This document shows positions 62,956 through 64,000 of a DNA stretch of 64,000 bases, piece by piece. Made by a program: the position numbers and the translations under genes. Every line of letters begins with the position of its first letter. Within the stretch, counting starts at the first letter, position 1. The notes beneath the pieces were generated by a model, which was given only the letters and a program-made list of their open reading frames with translations, had not been told where the DNA came from and searched no databases. The stretch comes from Phoronis australis (Eukaryota > Animalia > Phoronida), in contig NMRA01000251.1 of the NCBI GenBank assembly GCA_002633005.1, positions 187,997 through 251,996 on the forward strand. The letters are read 5' to 3'.

Positions 62956-64000
62956 TCATACTATATACTGTGTATATATATATGTTTGTATAAATAACGT
63001 ATATACATAAATATTTAGGCCAGTGGTATTTGAAAAGTATGTACAAAACCTCACCAAAACTAGCTGCAGCAATATACAGAGCTGTGCTTATTTAATTTCA
63101 ACACTCTGGACCTCCGACCGTTTCTGTTAAAAACGTTTATTCGCTAAAAATAATAATTTTACAAATTAATTAATAACTACGTAGGTTATATTTCTCACAT
63201 CACGAAAATCATATGTTGAGACCCAAACCGGTCACGATTGGGCGACTCGACCAGTTTTCCTACCTCAGGATTTGCCGGGTCAGATCAGAGACCTCATGCT
63301 GATGCTGTTGTGGTTAATTTAATTGCCTCAAGCTGCTGATGCAATTGTTCTTAGATAATCAGACCCACCATAAACACACTGAGGGCGACGATTTTATGAA
63401 TTTTTTCCAATAAGCATACTTCAACGTTCATGAGAAGTAGACGTTGTTTGGTTTTGGAATTTTTAAAATCGGAAAAGAAATGAGACTTTAGCCTGTGTGA
63501 ATTTAAACCGAAAGTTGCCCAGAGCTCACACGTAGTCCAGCCAGTATTAGGTGCCTCATTAACACTGTGGGGTGTGCAACGTAATGGGCCGATTACCAAA
63601 CTAGCTTGGAGCGTTGGATTTTGAGGTAGGCCAAGTGTCATCGTACAATTCTTGGCATGCAGGACATCAGACATATTCTCTTTATCCCGATTTTTTAAAA
63701 GGAAATTTGAAAGATTATTCCATACTGCTTGTTCAAAAACAGGACAATAGCACTTAAAGTGGATTTCAATTTCCATCTCTATAGATTGTACATTTGGTTT
63801 TCCGGTTCTAGCATGACAATGTCACCAAACCTAAATGATGATTTTTTTCGGCTGAATAATATTTACATGCCGGTTATTAGGAACAGTACTTCTAAGACAT
63901 GTTCTATGTTGCTTACATTGTACGTTAAGTTGCAAATCACGTCGACACTGTGAAGCATTTTAACATTAAAGCAACTCTCAAAACATGAGGGTTCTCGAGT

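Noticed and set aside
62759-63046. His/Thr- and Cys/Val-rich ORFs
   Set aside because: Translations of the (CA)n microsatellite
59200-64000. Short ORFs after the astacin gene (e.g. 60753-61082, 63351-63776)
   Set aside because: No recognisable domain or consistent exon chain; treated as intergenic

Overview
AT-rich, intron-dense animal genomic DNA with canonical GT-AG introns, probably from a marine invertebrate (lophotrochozoan is inferred, not provable here). I reconstructed two + strand multi-exon genes by hand, with consistent splice phases. (1) A complete 15-exon NRF-6/OACYL-like membrane O-acyltransferase gene (585-13276, 731 aa). (2) A secreted astacin (M12A) zinc metalloprotease gene with 24 visible coding exons (22709-59022), architecture pro-astacin-EGF-CUB-EGF-MAM-[assembly gap]-MAM-EGF-MAM; its first exon is unresolved. 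The astacin introns hold two different 5'-truncated Penelope-like retroelements, each with an inverted copy of its 3' end and a degenerate minimal hammerhead ribozyme motif. They also hold two TTAA-flanked Kolobok-like DNA transposon derivatives and several MITE-like relics. Three single-N gaps occur (8813, 16710, 47127). The palindrome TACATGTA is strongly over-represented. I found no clearly new multi-gene system. The best leads are the protease architecture, the ribozyme-bearing PLE inversions and the TACATGTA enrichment.
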